A stretch of DNA of 64,000 nt from contig CAVZTG010000008.1 of assembly GCA_963778195.1 (NCBI GenBank), positions 310,898 through 374,897 of the forward strand, written 5' to 3'. Positions 53,174 through 63,020 of the stretch are shown here, in pieces (within the stretch, counting starts at the first letter, position 1; each line of letters begins with the position of its first letter). This DNA comes from Terriglobales bacterium. Its GTDB lineage: Bacteria; Acidobacteriota; Terriglobia; Terriglobales; Acidobacteriaceae. The notes under the pieces are model-generated. The model was not told the origin of the DNA. It did not search any database and saw nothing but the letters and a program-made list of their open reading frames with translations. Both the position numbers and the translations under genes were made by a program.

Positions 53174-53737
53174 TTGCCAGTGTTTCGAAGATTGCTTTGT
53201 TTCTCGGTTTTCCTGCTCGGCACGATGGCGGCTGCACATGGCCAGGCTATGCCCGCGCTCATGCAGGGCGGAAGCATCGAAGCTGGCGGCGATTTTTCTA
53301 TCGTTAAGCCGGATTACGGCTACAACACCATGTATGGCTTCGCAGTGGTTGGCGACCTCAACGCTCGCCAGTGGGCAGGCTTTGAGGCCGAGTACCACTA
53401 TGCCAGCTGGAATGGCTTGAGCGGCACCTCGCAATCAAGTTTCGGTATCGGTCCCCGCTTCTTCTACGCCCGCAACCGCTGGATCCCGTTCGCGAAGATA
53501 CTGGTTGGTTACGGCGGTCTGACCTTCCCCAATCCCGGGAATCCACACCACGATTATGGTCAGTTCACTATGGGCGGCGGTCTGGACTGGCGCTACAAGC
53601 ACAACATCACGATCCAGGCAGTCAACGTGGAGTATCAGGACTGGTGGAATTTCGGCCATGCCAACGACTACCAGACTCGCGCTGGTTCGCTCACCCCGCT
53701 GATGATCTCCTTCGGCGTCAAGTACCGCTTCTTCTAA
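53174..53737 (+). CDS. small outer-membrane beta-barrel protein (OmpA-N/OmpW-like porin family)
   Basis: 187-aa ORF (TTG at 53174). GTG at 53180 is preferable, lying 6 nt after AGGAG at 53169-53173. Signal peptide ..AAAHGQA, alternating beta-strand pattern and the C-terminal signature VKYRFF. Confidence 0.8.
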   Translation: MPVFRRLLCFSVFLLGTMAAAHGQAMPALMQGGSIEAGGDFSIVKPDYGYNTMYGFAVVGDLNARQWAGFEAEYHYASWNGLSGTSQSSFGIGPRFFYARNRWIPFAKILVGYGGLTFPNPGNPHHDYGQFTMGGGLDWRYKHNITIQAVNVEYQDWWNFGHANDYQTRAGSLTPLMISFGVKYRFF

Positions 53738-53759
53738 AGCGACTCCGCTTCTCAGGATC

Positions 53760-53786
53760 AGGCCCCTTTTCGGGGCCTTTTTCTTT
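53760..53786 (+). terminator. rho-independent terminator
   Basis: AGGCCCC-ttttc-GGGGCCT followed by TTTTCTTT, 22 nt after the OMP stop. Confidence 0.85.
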
Positions 53787-54092
53787 GGCCCGCGGGTGAT
53801 CGAGGCGCGGTCGAGCCCCGCGGTCGAAGCCAGTCCGGAAGCCTTCCATCCGGCCGAACCCCTAGACCGGCCGCCATGCCGGCGCTGCTGCTGCTGGTTC
53901 TCTTTAACCCGCGACACCTGAGCCCGGCGCCTGTGGCCTGAGTCCACTGGGCCTGAGTGACCTGGGCCCGAGCACCCGATCCCGAGACGCCTGGGCCCGC
54001 CTCCGGCCTGCCTCCGGCACGGCTGGATCGCCCGGGTGATGCTAACGCTTCCGCATGCTCCTGCCGCTTTGGCGCCCCCGCTTCCCTGCCCC

Positions 54093-54124
54093 AAAGAGAA
54101 AAGCCACGCACAGTGGCGTGGCTT
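54093..54124 (-). terminator. rho-independent terminator for the minus-strand OMP gene
   Basis: The 9-bp stem AAGCCACGC/GCGTGGCTT has a 6-nt loop at 54101-54124. On the minus strand it is followed by TTCTCTTT. Confidence 0.75.
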
Positions 54125-54155
54125 CTTTCCTTGATGATGGTCCAGCTATCAGGCG

Positions 54156-54755
54156 TTAGAAGTGATATGCAATACCGATCGTCGGATTTGAGACGTTGGT
54201 ATAGCGGTTGGTGCTGATTGCCTGGATATTGAAGCTCGGCTCCTTCATAATCAGGCCGCGAAACTCGCCGCGAATATCGAAGCTCGGGCTAATCTCATAC
54301 GCCAGCCCGACCCCATAGATTCCGCCGATTGAGGTGTTCTTGCTGCTGTCGAGGGTGGATGTTCCGGAATCCAGCAGAGGGCTCAGAATGAATCCCGCCG
54401 GCCCGACCTCGACAAATGGATTGAAGTTTCCGAAATTCAGGTTGTAGACGTATGCCGCTGAGAATTCCTGAACCCGGGCGTGGATCCTCACCAGGTAAGC
54501 GTTGCCGCTGTTGTAGTTGTAATACTCCTGCGAATACTGGTAGTTCGCCTCGAGCGCATTCCGCGGCGACAGCATGAAACGGTAGCTCGCCAGCCCGCCC
54601 ATCACATTACGGCTCTGCGCGATCACGGAGTTGCCATACACGGTGACGGGAAAGAGCCCCGTCACGCCCACACTCACATCCTGGCGGCTCTCCTGAGCCA
54701 CGGCTGCTACGGCCAATGCCGGCAAGAGAACCAACCACACTAAATTCCGCTTCAT
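54156..54755 (-). CDS. outer-membrane beta-barrel protein (porin family)
   Basis: 199-aa ORF with signal peptide LPALAVAAVAQ, amphipathic beta strands and the C-terminal IGIAYHF. Confidence 0.8.
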   Translation of the reverse strand: MKRNLVWLVLLPALAVAAVAQESRQDVSVGVTGLFPVTVYGNSVIAQSRNVMGGLASYRFMLSPRNALEANYQYSQEYYNYNSGNAYLVRIHARVQEFSAAYVYNLNFGNFNPFVEVGPAGFILSPLLDSGTSTLDSSKNTSIGGIYGVGLAYEISPSFDIRGEFRGLIMKEPSFNIQAISTNRYTNVSNPTIGIAYHF

Positions 54756-55027
54756 TCCTGCTCGTTACCTCGCTTTGTTCCGCGTGGATATTCCCCTCGC
54801 GGCATTGTCCGTGAAAATCAAATCCGGCTTCCACATTGTACCTGCCCGTCTACCACTTCCGCTGGATGCCCTGCTCTTACTTCAGCGCGCGGCGCTCAAC
54901 GCACCCCACTCGGCCACGCGCAGCGTCTGTGGAAATCGTCGCCCTAAATACAACGGCCCGCCTCCCCGAGGGAAGACAGGCCGAAGTTCTGTTTCGCTGC
55001 CGTTGCGATTCATCGTCGCGCGGGGGG

Positions 55028-55531
55028 TTACTGCTGCATGGGCGCATCACCGCCGGCGGGTGGAGGTGGCGGAGGGCCGCCGTTGCCGCCCATATGCTGC
55101 TGCATGTGCTGCATGCGCTGCTGCTGCATGGCCTGATACTTCTGCTTCTGCTGATCGTTGAGCACGGCCATCACTTTTTCGTTGGTATCCTTCATGATCC
55201 CCATGCTGGTCTGGCGTTGCTGCTGCACGGACTGCGAGGTATTGGCGTGGTTCTGCTGCATCTGGCTGTCGCGCGCGTCGAGGATCTGCTTGACCTGGTC
55301 CTGCTGATCGGCGGTCAGGTTGAGCTCGCGGGTCATGTGCTTGAGTTGCCGTTGTGAGTCGGGCATCTTGCCGCCGTGGTGCATTCCGCCGCCCATTCCT
55401 CCCTCCATCGGTGGAGGAGGCGGTGGGGCTTGCGACGCATCGGGGGCCGGGGCGCTCTGCGCGAGCGTTGCCGGGATCAGCGCCAGTCCCAGGCCGAAGA
55501 CGGCCAGGGTGGCGAAGAATTTGTTTGTCAT
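55028..55531 (-). CDS. Spy/CpxP/ZraP-family periplasmic LTXXQ protein, Met/His/Gln/Pro-rich
   Basis: 167-aa ORF with a signal peptide and the LTADQ motif. The termini are Met/His-rich (MEGGMGGGMHHGG, MQHMQQHMGGNGG) with flanking poly-Pro. Confidence 0.75.
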   Translation of the reverse strand: MTNKFFATLAVFGLGLALIPATLAQSAPAPDASQAPPPPPPMEGGMGGGMHHGGKMPDSQRQLKHMTRELNLTADQQDQVKQILDARDSQMQQNHANTSQSVQQQRQTSMGIMKDTNEKVMAVLNDQQKQKYQAMQQQRMQHMQQHMGGNGGPPPPPPAGGDAPMQQ

Positions 55532-55667
55532 GGGGAACTCTCCTTTACGGCGGACCTCATGCTTCCAGCCCTTGCCGCTAAATAGTGAGACGTAGCCTGG
55601 CTAGGAGAAGTCGCTCCCCCGGGCAAAAGTAATTTCGCGGGAGTGTCTCGTTTTGCTCAGCGGCCAG

Positions 55668-56595
55668 CTACTTGGCCTTGCGGTCGAAATCGAAGGGCCG
55701 GCCAGCCGTCCGGCTCAGGTCCTCGATGGTCTGGAGGAATGCGCCCGCCGCATAGGACAGGGTCGCGTGCCGGCGGTATACCAGCCGAAGCTTGCGCGTG
55801 ATGTTCATCCCCTGCACCTTGACGGGAACCAGCCGGCCCGACTCCACCTCGGGGCGCGCCACCAGGCCCGGCATAAACGCGACCCCGTTGCCCATCTCGA
55901 CGAAGCGCTTGATCGCCTCCAGGCTAGGCAGCTCGACTCCCATGTTCAGCGGCGTCTTGTTTCTCTGGAACGCCTGAATCACCGTTTGGCGCAGCGGCGA
56001 GGGGACGTTGTGCGCGATAAAATTCTGCGCTCCGAGATCGCGGATATGCACCTGCTTCGCCTTGGCCAGAGGATGCTCCGGGCTCACCACAAAGACCAGC
56101 GCGTCGTGATACACCACGATGCTCTGCAGCGCCGGATCGGGCGTGGTGAACGACAGGATGCCCATCTCAACATCGTGCAACTGCACCTGGTCGGCGATGC
56201 GGCTGGCCAGCGAGCGCCGCACCGATACCTTGATCTGGGGATATTCGCGCCGGTACCGATCCAGCACGGGCAATAGATATAGACAGGTGTATTCATTCGC
56301 CGCCAGGTTGAGCCGCCCGCGTATGCAGCGCCCGCAACTCGCCGAGCGCGCCGGTTGCTTCGATGCGGAGGTTCAGCAGCTTCTGCGCGTACTCGAGCAA
56401 GACCTCGCCTGCCGCGGTCAGCGATCCGTCGCGCGCCGCGCGGTCGAGCAGCACCTCGCCCACCTCAAGTTCGAGCTTGCGGATGGTCTGGCTGACGGCC
56501 GGCTGGGTGCGGTGCAATCGCGCCGCGGCGCGGGAGAAGCTGCGCTCCTCGGCCACCGCGACAAAGGTCTCGAGCTGCGTCAAATCCATCGCCAT
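55668..56595 (-). pseudogene. LysR-family transcriptional regulator, frameshift near 56300
   Basis: The HTH part is in ORF 56293-56595 (MDLTQLETFVAVAEERSFSRAAARLHRTQPAVSQTIRKLE). The effector domain is in ORF 55668-56273, whose frame extends upstream as ..ANEYTCLYLLPVLDRYRREYPQIKV. Confidence 0.85.
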
Positions 56596-56612
56596 CAGAA
56601 TGCCCTCTCTGG

Positions 56613-56667
56613 TTATCGCGCTTAAAACAATATAACAATCTCTTATCGCACCTCAAACAATTATAAC
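56613..56667. promoter_or_regulatory. two direct copies of an LTTR-box-like element (TTATCGC-N-AAACAAT-TATAAC; TTAT-N15/16-ATAA) in the lysR / leuA-like divergent region
   Basis: Copies at 56613-56636 and 56643-56667, 30 bp apart, in an AT-rich spacer between the starts at 56595 (-) and 56722 (+). Confidence 0.45.
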
Positions 56668-56721
56668 TTTGCATTATTCGTGGCATCTTGCCATAGTGGA
56701 GAGGTAAGGAGCCCTCTTTCC

Positions 56722-57999
56722 ATGTCTCAGGAACGCGCGACAGATCGCCTTAACGACAGCCCCAAAGACAGCTCACCGGACCGCCTCTTCTTTTTCGACA
56801 CCACTCTGCGCGACGGCGAGCAGTCGCCCGGCTGCAGCATGCGCCACGATGAAAAGCTCCACATGGCGCGCCAGCTCTCTGACCTCGGCGTTGACCTGCT
56901 CGAAGCCGGTTTTCCCATCTCGTCTGCCGGAGACTTTGCCGCCGTGGTCGCCATCTCACGCGAGATCACCGACGGCCCGGTGATCGCCGGGCTGGCGCGC
57001 TGCCGCAAAGAAGATATCGAGACGGTTGCCCGGGCACTGGAATCGGCCAAGCGCAAACGCATCCACGTCTTTCTCGCCAGCTCCGACATCCATCTCGAAT
57101 ACAAACTGAAGATGTCGCGCCAGCAGGCGATAGACCAGACCGCGGCCTCGGTCGCCCACGCGCGTCAGCACGCTGACGACATCGAGTTCTCGGCAGAGGA
57201 CGCGACGCGCTCGGACCTCGACTTCCTGGTGAAGATGATCAACGTGGCGGTAGAGAACGGCGCGACCACCATCAATATTCCCGACACCGTGGGCTATACC
57301 ACTCCCGACGAGTTCGCCAACATCATCCGCACGTTGCGCGCGCGCGTGGACAATTCGGACAAGATAATCTTTTCTGCCCACTGTCACGATGACCTGGGAC
57401 TGGCCGTGGCCAACTCGCTGGCTGCCATTGAAGCGGGCGCCCGCCAGGTGGAGTGCACCATCAACGGCATTGGCGAACGCGCCGGCAATGCGGCCCTTGA
57501 AGAGATCGCGACGCTGGTCCGCGTGCGCTCTGACCGCTACCCGGTGAGCTGCAACATACGCCATGAACTGCTGCACCCGTCGAGCCAGATGCTTTCGAGC
57601 TTCATCAGCTTCAGTCCGTCGCCCAACAAGGCAGTGGTCGGGGCCAACGCGTTCGCGCACGAAGCGGGAATTCATCAGCACGGCATGCTGGCTAACCCGC
57701 TCTGCTACGAGATCATGACCCCTGCCTCGGTCGGCCAGCCCTGCAACCGCATGGTGCTGGGCAAGCACTCGGGGCGTCACGCGCTCGCCTATCGCATGGC
57801 GGAGCTGGGATACAAAGTGGAAGGGGCCGAGCTGGACACCCTCTACCTTCGCTTCACCGAGCTCGCGGACCGCAAGAAAAGTGTTTACGACCAGGATCTG
57901 ATCTCGCTGCTCGGCGCACGCGCCGGACATCAGGCCGCGCCGGTCTTCGTTCCTCCCGCTGCAGCCAACGAGAAAGCTCCCGCGCAAACCACCGCCTGA
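56722..57999 (+). CDS. leuA: 2-isopropylmalate synthase-family enzyme (LeuA/CimA-like), short form lacking the C-terminal regulatory (LeuA-dimer) domain
   Basis: ATG at 56722 follows GGAGAGGTAAGGAG. The DRE-TIM core is present (FDTTLRDGEQSPG, HCHDDLGLAVAN, INGIGERAGNA, HEAGIHQ). The protein ends after about 425 aa in an Ala/Pro tail, and leuB starts 33 nt later. Confidence 0.75.
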   Translation: MSQERATDRLNDSPKDSSPDRLFFFDTTLRDGEQSPGCSMRHDEKLHMARQLSDLGVDLLEAGFPISSAGDFAAVVAISREITDGPVIAGLARCRKEDIETVARALESAKRKRIHVFLASSDIHLEYKLKMSRQQAIDQTAASVAHARQHADDIEFSAEDATRSDLDFLVKMINVAVENGATTINIPDTVGYTTPDEFANIIRTLRARVDNSDKIIFSAHCHDDLGLAVANSLAAIEAGARQVECTINGIGERAGNAALEEIATLVRVRSDRYPVSCNIRHELLHPSSQMLSSFISFSPSPNKAVVGANAFAHEAGIHQHGMLANPLCYEIMTPASVGQPCNRMVLGKHSGRHALAYRMAELGYKVEGAELDTLYLRFTELADRKKSVYDQDLISLLGARAGHQAAPVFVPPAAANEKAPAQTTA

Positions 58000-58032
58000 G
58001 CTGCTCCCAACTCTGAAAAGGAATCGAGACGC

Positions 58033-59135
58033 ATGAAGCTGAAAATCACATTGTTGCCCGGCGACGGCATCGGCCCGGAAGTTACTGCAGCCGCAGTTCG
58101 CATTCTTGAGGCCTGCGGCGAATACGGCGGGCACGAATTCCAATTCACCGAGATGCCCATCGGCGGCGTGGCAATCAAGGCGCACGGCTCACCGCTGCCC
58201 ACGGCCACGCTTGACGCCGCGCTCGACTCAACGCCGTTCTGCTCGGCGCGGTCGGCGGCAATGAGTTCAATTCCCTGCCCCCGGATCGGCGGCCGGAAGC
58301 CGGATTGCTGCAGCTGCGGCAAGCACTCGGCGGCTTTGCGAATCTACGGCCGGCGTTTGCCTACCCGTCGCTCGCGGAAAATTCTCCACTCCGCGCCGAA
58401 GTCACCAAGGACGTTGACATTCTCTTTGTGCGCGAGCTGCTCGGCGGACTCTACTTTGGCACGCCGCGCTCGTGGAACCGCGAGACCGGAGAGGCGATCA
58501 ACACCATGCGCTACAGCGAGGCCGAAGTCAGCCGCGTCGCTCATGTGGCGTTTCAACTGGCGCGCACTCGCCGCAAAAAGCTGACGTCGGTTGACAAGGC
58601 CAACGTCCTCGAGGTTTCGCAGCTCTGGCGCTCGACCGTCACCAATGTCGGCAAGGAATATCCGGACGTGAAGCTCGACCACCTTTATGTTGACGCCTGT
58701 GCGATGCACCTGATGAATACGCCGCGCGCCTTCGACGTCATCCTCGCGGAGAATCTTTTCGGCGACATCCTTAGCGACGAAGCCGGAGTGATCACCGGCT
58801 CACTCGGCATGCTTCCCTCGGCCACGCTGGGCGGCACGGTGCATCTCTACGAGCCGGTCCACGGCTCCGCGCCTGACATCGCGGGAACGGGGAAAGCCAA
58901 TCCGCTGGGCGCCATTCTCACCGCTGCCATGCTGCTGCGCTACAGCGCTCACATGCCCGCCGAGGCTGCGGCCATCGAAGCCGCGGTGCAGGAGGTGCTC
59001 GACGCGGGTCATCGCACAGCGGACCTGGTTCGCGGCAGCAATGAAAAGCCAGTCACCACGCGCGAAATGAGCTCGCTCGTATTCCAGGCATTCAATCACG
59101 CGATTGACCGGCACCAGGCACTGCACGCAGTTTAG
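58033..59135 (+). pseudogene. leuB: 3-isopropylmalate dehydrogenase, single frameshift near 58235
   Basis: The N-terminus MKLKITLLPGDGIGPEV.. is in ORF 58033-58584. From about 58240 the conserved sequence ([40 protein letters not shown]..) is in the frame of ORF 58305-59135. Confidence 0.9.
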
Positions 59136-59150
59136 GGACAATCGAAATCA

Positions 59151-60611
59151 ATGACCACGACGCCAAAAACGCTTTTCCAAAAAGTCTGGGAGTCGCATCT
59201 CGTCGCCGAGCCCGCAGGCGAGCCGGCCCTGATCTACATTGATCTGCATCTGCTGCACGAGGTGACCTCACCGCAGGCGTTTGACGGACTTCGTCTCGCC
59301 GGCCGCACAGTCCGGCGTCCCGACCGCTGCGTCGCCACGGTGGACCACAACGTCCCGACCACTCCGAACCGGCTCATCATCGAAGACGCCATCGCGGCAA
59401 AGCAAGTGGACGCGCTGCATCGCAACTGCGCCGAGTTCGGCATCGAGCTTTTCGATATGCACAGCGCTGAACAAGGGATCGTCCACGTGATCGGCCCCGA
59501 GCTCGGGCTGACGAAGCCGGGCATGACCATCGTCTGCGGCGACAGCCACACATCAACTCACGGAGCGTTTGGAGCACTGGCCTTCGGCATCGGAACATCG
59601 GAAGTCGAGCACGTGCTGGCAACGCAGTGCCTGCAGCAGAGCAAGCCGAAGACGTTCCGCATCTCGATCAACGGCGAGATCCCCGCGGGCGTTACCGCTA
59701 AAGACATCATCCTCGCCATCATCGGCCGCATCGGCACCGACGGGGCCACGGGCTATGTGATCGAATATGCGGGCGACGCCATTCAGAGCCTGAGCATGGA
59801 AGGCCGCATGACCATCTGCAACATGAGCATCGAGGCGGGCGCGCGCGCCGGAATGATCGCTCCCGACGAGACCACCTTCGCGTATCTCAAGGGCCGCCGC
59901 TTTTCGCCGACCGGGGAGGCGTGGGAGCAAGCGGTTGCGAGTTGGCGTGAGCTTGCGACGGATGACGGCGCCGTCTTCGACCGCGAACTCGAAATCAACG
60001 CGGCCGATCTCTCGCCGTTCATCAGCTGGGGAACGAACCCCGGCATGGTGATCCCGATCACCGGGCACATTCCGCATCCCGACCCGTCTGCTTCGGAATC
60101 GGAGCATCGCGCCATCGAGCGCGCGCTGGAATATATGGCGCTTCAGCCTGGCGCCGCGATTGCGGAGGTCCCGATTGACCGCGTCTTCATCGGCTCCTGC
60201 ACCAACTCCCGCATTGAAGACCTGCGCAGCGCGGCCCGCGTGGTCAGCGGATATCACGTGCATCCGACGGTTCGCGCGATGGTCGTGCCCGGATCGCAGC
60301 TGGTGAAGTCGCAGGCGGAACGCGAAGGCCTCGACCGCATCTTCGTGGCGGCGGGATTTGAGTGGCGAGAGCCCGGCTGCTCGATGTGCCTGGGCATGAA
60401 TCCTGACATTCTCGCGCCGGGCGAACGTTGCGCCTCGACCAGCAATCGGAATTTTGAAGGCCGCCAGGGCCGCGGAGGCCGCACCCATCTCGTGAGCCCG
60501 ATGATGGCCGCTGCTGCTGCCATCGCCGGACACTTCACCGATGTCCGCCAATGGCGATTCAACGACGCGAAGTTCGGGGACGCGACGGTCACCACCGAGG
60601 CGCACGCATGA
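59151..60611 (+). CDS. leuC: 3-isopropylmalate dehydratase large subunit
   Basis: Intact 486-aa ORF of the aconitase family ([22 protein letters not shown]). Confidence 0.95.
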   Translation: MTTTPKTLFQKVWESHLVAEPAGEPALIYIDLHLLHEVTSPQAFDGLRLAGRTVRRPDRCVATVDHNVPTTPNRLIIEDAIAAKQVDALHRNCAEFGIELFDMHSAEQGIVHVIGPELGLTKPGMTIVCGDSHTSTHGAFGALAFGIGTSEVEHVLATQCLQQSKPKTFRISINGEIPAGVTAKDIILAIIGRIGTDGATGYVIEYAGDAIQSLSMEGRMTICNMSIEAGARAGMIAPDETTFAYLKGRRFSPTGEAWEQAVASWRELATDDGAVFDRELEINAADLSPFISWGTNPGMVIPITGHIPHPDPSASESEHRAIERALEYMALQPGAAIAEVPIDRVFIGSCTNSRIEDLRSAARVVSGYHVHPTVRAMVVPGSQLVKSQAEREGLDRIFVAAGFEWREPGCSMCLGMNPDILAPGERCASTSNRNFEGRQGRGGRTHLVSPMMAAAAAIAGHFTDVRQWRFNDAKFGDATVTTEAHA

Positions 60612-61285
60612 AGCCATTTCGCACACTGCACTCCCTCGTCGCTCCGCTCGACCGCGTCAATGTGGATACCGACCAGATTATTCCCAAGCAATTTCTCAAG
60701 CGCATCGAGCGCACCGGCTACGGCGAATTTCTCTTCTTCGACTGGCGCTACAAGCGGGACGAGCAGGCGGGCAAGCAGGCGCCGAATCCCGACTTCGAGC
60801 TGAATTTTCCCCGCTACCAGGGCGCGGAAATTCTCGTGACCAACAAAAACTTCGGCTGCGGCTCATCGCGTGAACACGCGGCGTGGGCGCTCTCTGACTA
60901 CGGCTTCCGCTGCGTGATCTCGCCCACTTTCGCGGACATCTTTTACTCGAACGCGGGCAAGAACGGCATCCTGCTGGTCACTCTGCCGCAGGAGCAGGTG
61001 GAGCTCCTGCTCGAACGGGCCGCGATGCATCCCGGCTATTCACTCACCGTCTCGCTCGAAACAAATGAAGTCACCGACGACTACGGCTTCCACGCGAACT
61101 TCACCATGGATCCGTTTCGCCGCGACTGCCTGCTCAACGGCCTGGACGACATCGGCCTCTCGCTGCGCCACTCCGGGCACATGGAGAGATTTGAGCAGCA
61201 CCATCAGCCTCGGCACTGGTTTCACCCACGCGCTCACGGAGCACACGGCGCACATCCCGCCTCGATCGCGCATAAGGAAGCTTAA
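60608..61285 (+). CDS. leuD: 3-isopropylmalate dehydratase small subunit
   Basis: ATG at 60608 overlaps the leuC stop (ATGA). The sequence is [42 protein letters not shown]. Confidence 0.93.
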   Translation: MKPFRTLHSLVAPLDRVNVDTDQIIPKQFLKRIERTGYGEFLFFDWRYKRDEQAGKQAPNPDFELNFPRYQGAEILVTNKNFGCGSSREHAAWALSDYGFRCVISPTFADIFYSNAGKNGILLVTLPQEQVELLLERAAMHPGYSLTVSLETNEVTDDYGFHANFTMDPFRRDCLLNGLDDIGLSLRHSGHMERFEQHHQPRHWFHPRAHGAHGAHPASIAHKEA

Positions 61286-63012
61286 TGAGCAGCAACGGCA
61301 ATCACTCCGGCAAATCGAACAGCATTCCGCTGACTGAGGGAGCCCATCGCGCCCCGGCCCGCGCGATGCTGCGCGCCAGCGGATATTCACGCGCCGACCT
61401 TGCGCGCCCCATCATCGGGATTGCGAACACCTGGACAGAAATCGGCCCGTGCAACTTCCACCTGCGCGAGCTCGCCGAGGCAATCAAGGTGGGCATCCGT
61501 CAGGCGGGCGGCACGCCGATGGAGTTCAACACCGTCACCATCTCGGACGGAATCACGATGGGCACGCAGGGCATGAAAGCCTCGCTCATCAGCCGCGAGA
61601 TTATCGCCGACTCGATCGAGCTTATCTCCCGCGGAAATCTGTTTGACGGATTAATTTGTATCGCCGGCTGTGACAAAAACCTGCCGGCTGCGGTGATGGC
61701 GCTGGGCCGTCTCAATATTCCGGGCCTGATGTTTTACGGCGGCTCCATCGCGCCTGGCGAGCTGGACGGAAAATTCCTCAGCATCCAGGATGTTTTTGAA
61801 GCCGTCGGCGCCCACGCCCGCCACACGATCAGCGACGGGCAGCTGGAAGCTGTCGAAGCCGCGGCCTGCCCATCCTCCGGGGCCTGCGGCGGACAATTCA
61901 CCGCCAACACGATGGCGGTGGCCTGCGAATTTCTGGGCATCGCTCCGATGTCGCTCTCCGGCGTGCCCGCATTCCTGCCGGAGAAGCTCACCGCCGCGAC
62001 CGCAGCCGGAGTGATGGTGATGGAGCTGGTGAAACGCGGGCTGAAGCCGCGCGACATTATCACGCGCACCTCGATTGAGAATGCTATTGCCAGCGTCGCT
62101 GCCTCCGGCGGTTCGACGAACGCCGTTCTGCACTTCCTCGCCATTGCGCGCGAGGCCGGCATCCCGCTCACCATTGATGATTTTGACCGCATCAGCCGCC
62201 GCACTCCTCTGCTCTGCGACCTTAAGCCGGGCGGGCGCTTCATGGCCGCCGATTATCAGGCTGCGGGTGGCAGCCGGCTGCTGGCACAGCGGCTAATCGC
62301 GAGCGATCATCTGGACGGCTCCGCTCCGACTGTTTCCGGCAAGACGCTCGCCGAGGAAGCGGCACTCGCAGAAGAATCCGCCGGCCAGCAAGTGATCCAT
62401 TCGGCTGCAACGCCGCTGAAGTCAACCGGTGGCCTTGTGATCCTCAAGGGCAATCTCGCGCCCGACGGCTGCGTTATCAAAGTCGCCGGCCACGAGCGAC
62501 TCACGCATCGCGGACCGGCTCGCGTCTTCGATTCCGAAGAGGCCGCGTTCCACGCCGTCGAGTGCGGCCAGATCTTTCCCAATGATGTCGTCGTAATCCG
62601 CTACGAAGGTCCACGCGGTGGCCCGGGCATGCGCGAGATGCTCGCTGTCACGGCCGCCATCGCCGGAATCACAGAGCTGGCATCAAACGTCGCGCTCCTC
62701 ACCGACGGCCGATTCTCCGGCGCAACTCGCGGACTCATGGCCGGCCACGTCGCCCCGGAAGCCGCTCTGGGCGGGCCGATCGCCGCGGTCCGCGAAGGAG
62801 ACATCATCGAGTTCGACATTCCGAACCGTGAGCTGCGCCTGGTCGTTTCACCCGCAGAGATGGCTACCCGTCTTCTCCGATTCACTCCGCCCGAGCCGCA
62901 GTTCGCTGCCGGAGTATTCCGCAAATATGCCGATACCGTTGCCTCCGCATCCGAGGGCGCGGTCACGGTCACTCAATCACCCGCCACGATTCCCGCAGCC
63001 GTCACAGCCTGA
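61285..63012 (+). CDS. ilvD: dihydroxy-acid dehydratase
   Basis: Intact 575-aa ORF with [20 protein letters not shown] and LLTDGRFSG. The start overlaps the leuD stop (TAATG). Confidence 0.95.
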   Translation: MSSNGNHSGKSNSIPLTEGAHRAPARAMLRASGYSRADLARPIIGIANTWTEIGPCNFHLRELAEAIKVGIRQAGGTPMEFNTVTISDGITMGTQGMKASLISREIIADSIELISRGNLFDGLICIAGCDKNLPAAVMALGRLNIPGLMFYGGSIAPGELDGKFLSIQDVFEAVGAHARHTISDGQLEAVEAAACPSSGACGGQFTANTMAVACEFLGIAPMSLSGVPAFLPEKLTAATAAGVMVMELVKRGLKPRDIITRTSIENAIASVAASGGSTNAVLHFLAIAREAGIPLTIDDFDRISRRTPLLCDLKPGGRFMAADYQAAGGSRLLAQRLIASDHLDGSAPTVSGKTLAEEAALAEESAGQQVIHSAATPLKSTGGLVILKGNLAPDGCVIKVAGHERLTHRGPARVFDSEEAAFHAVECGQIFPNDVVVIRYEGPRGGPGMREMLAVTAAIAGITELASNVALLTDGRFSGATRGLMAGHVAPEAALGGPIAAVREGDIIEFDIPNRELRLVVSPAEMATRLLRFTPPEPQFAAGVFRKYADTVASASEGAVTVTQSPATIPAAVTA

Positions 63013-63020
63013 GCTCACTT

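Noticed and set aside
53435-54111. ORFs 53435-54094 and 53758-54111 (minus strand) in the OMP-OMP spacer.
   Set aside because: They are Arg/Gly/Ala-rich with no motifs. They overlap the OMP gene and both terminators, and their composition is that of non-coding GC-rich DNA.
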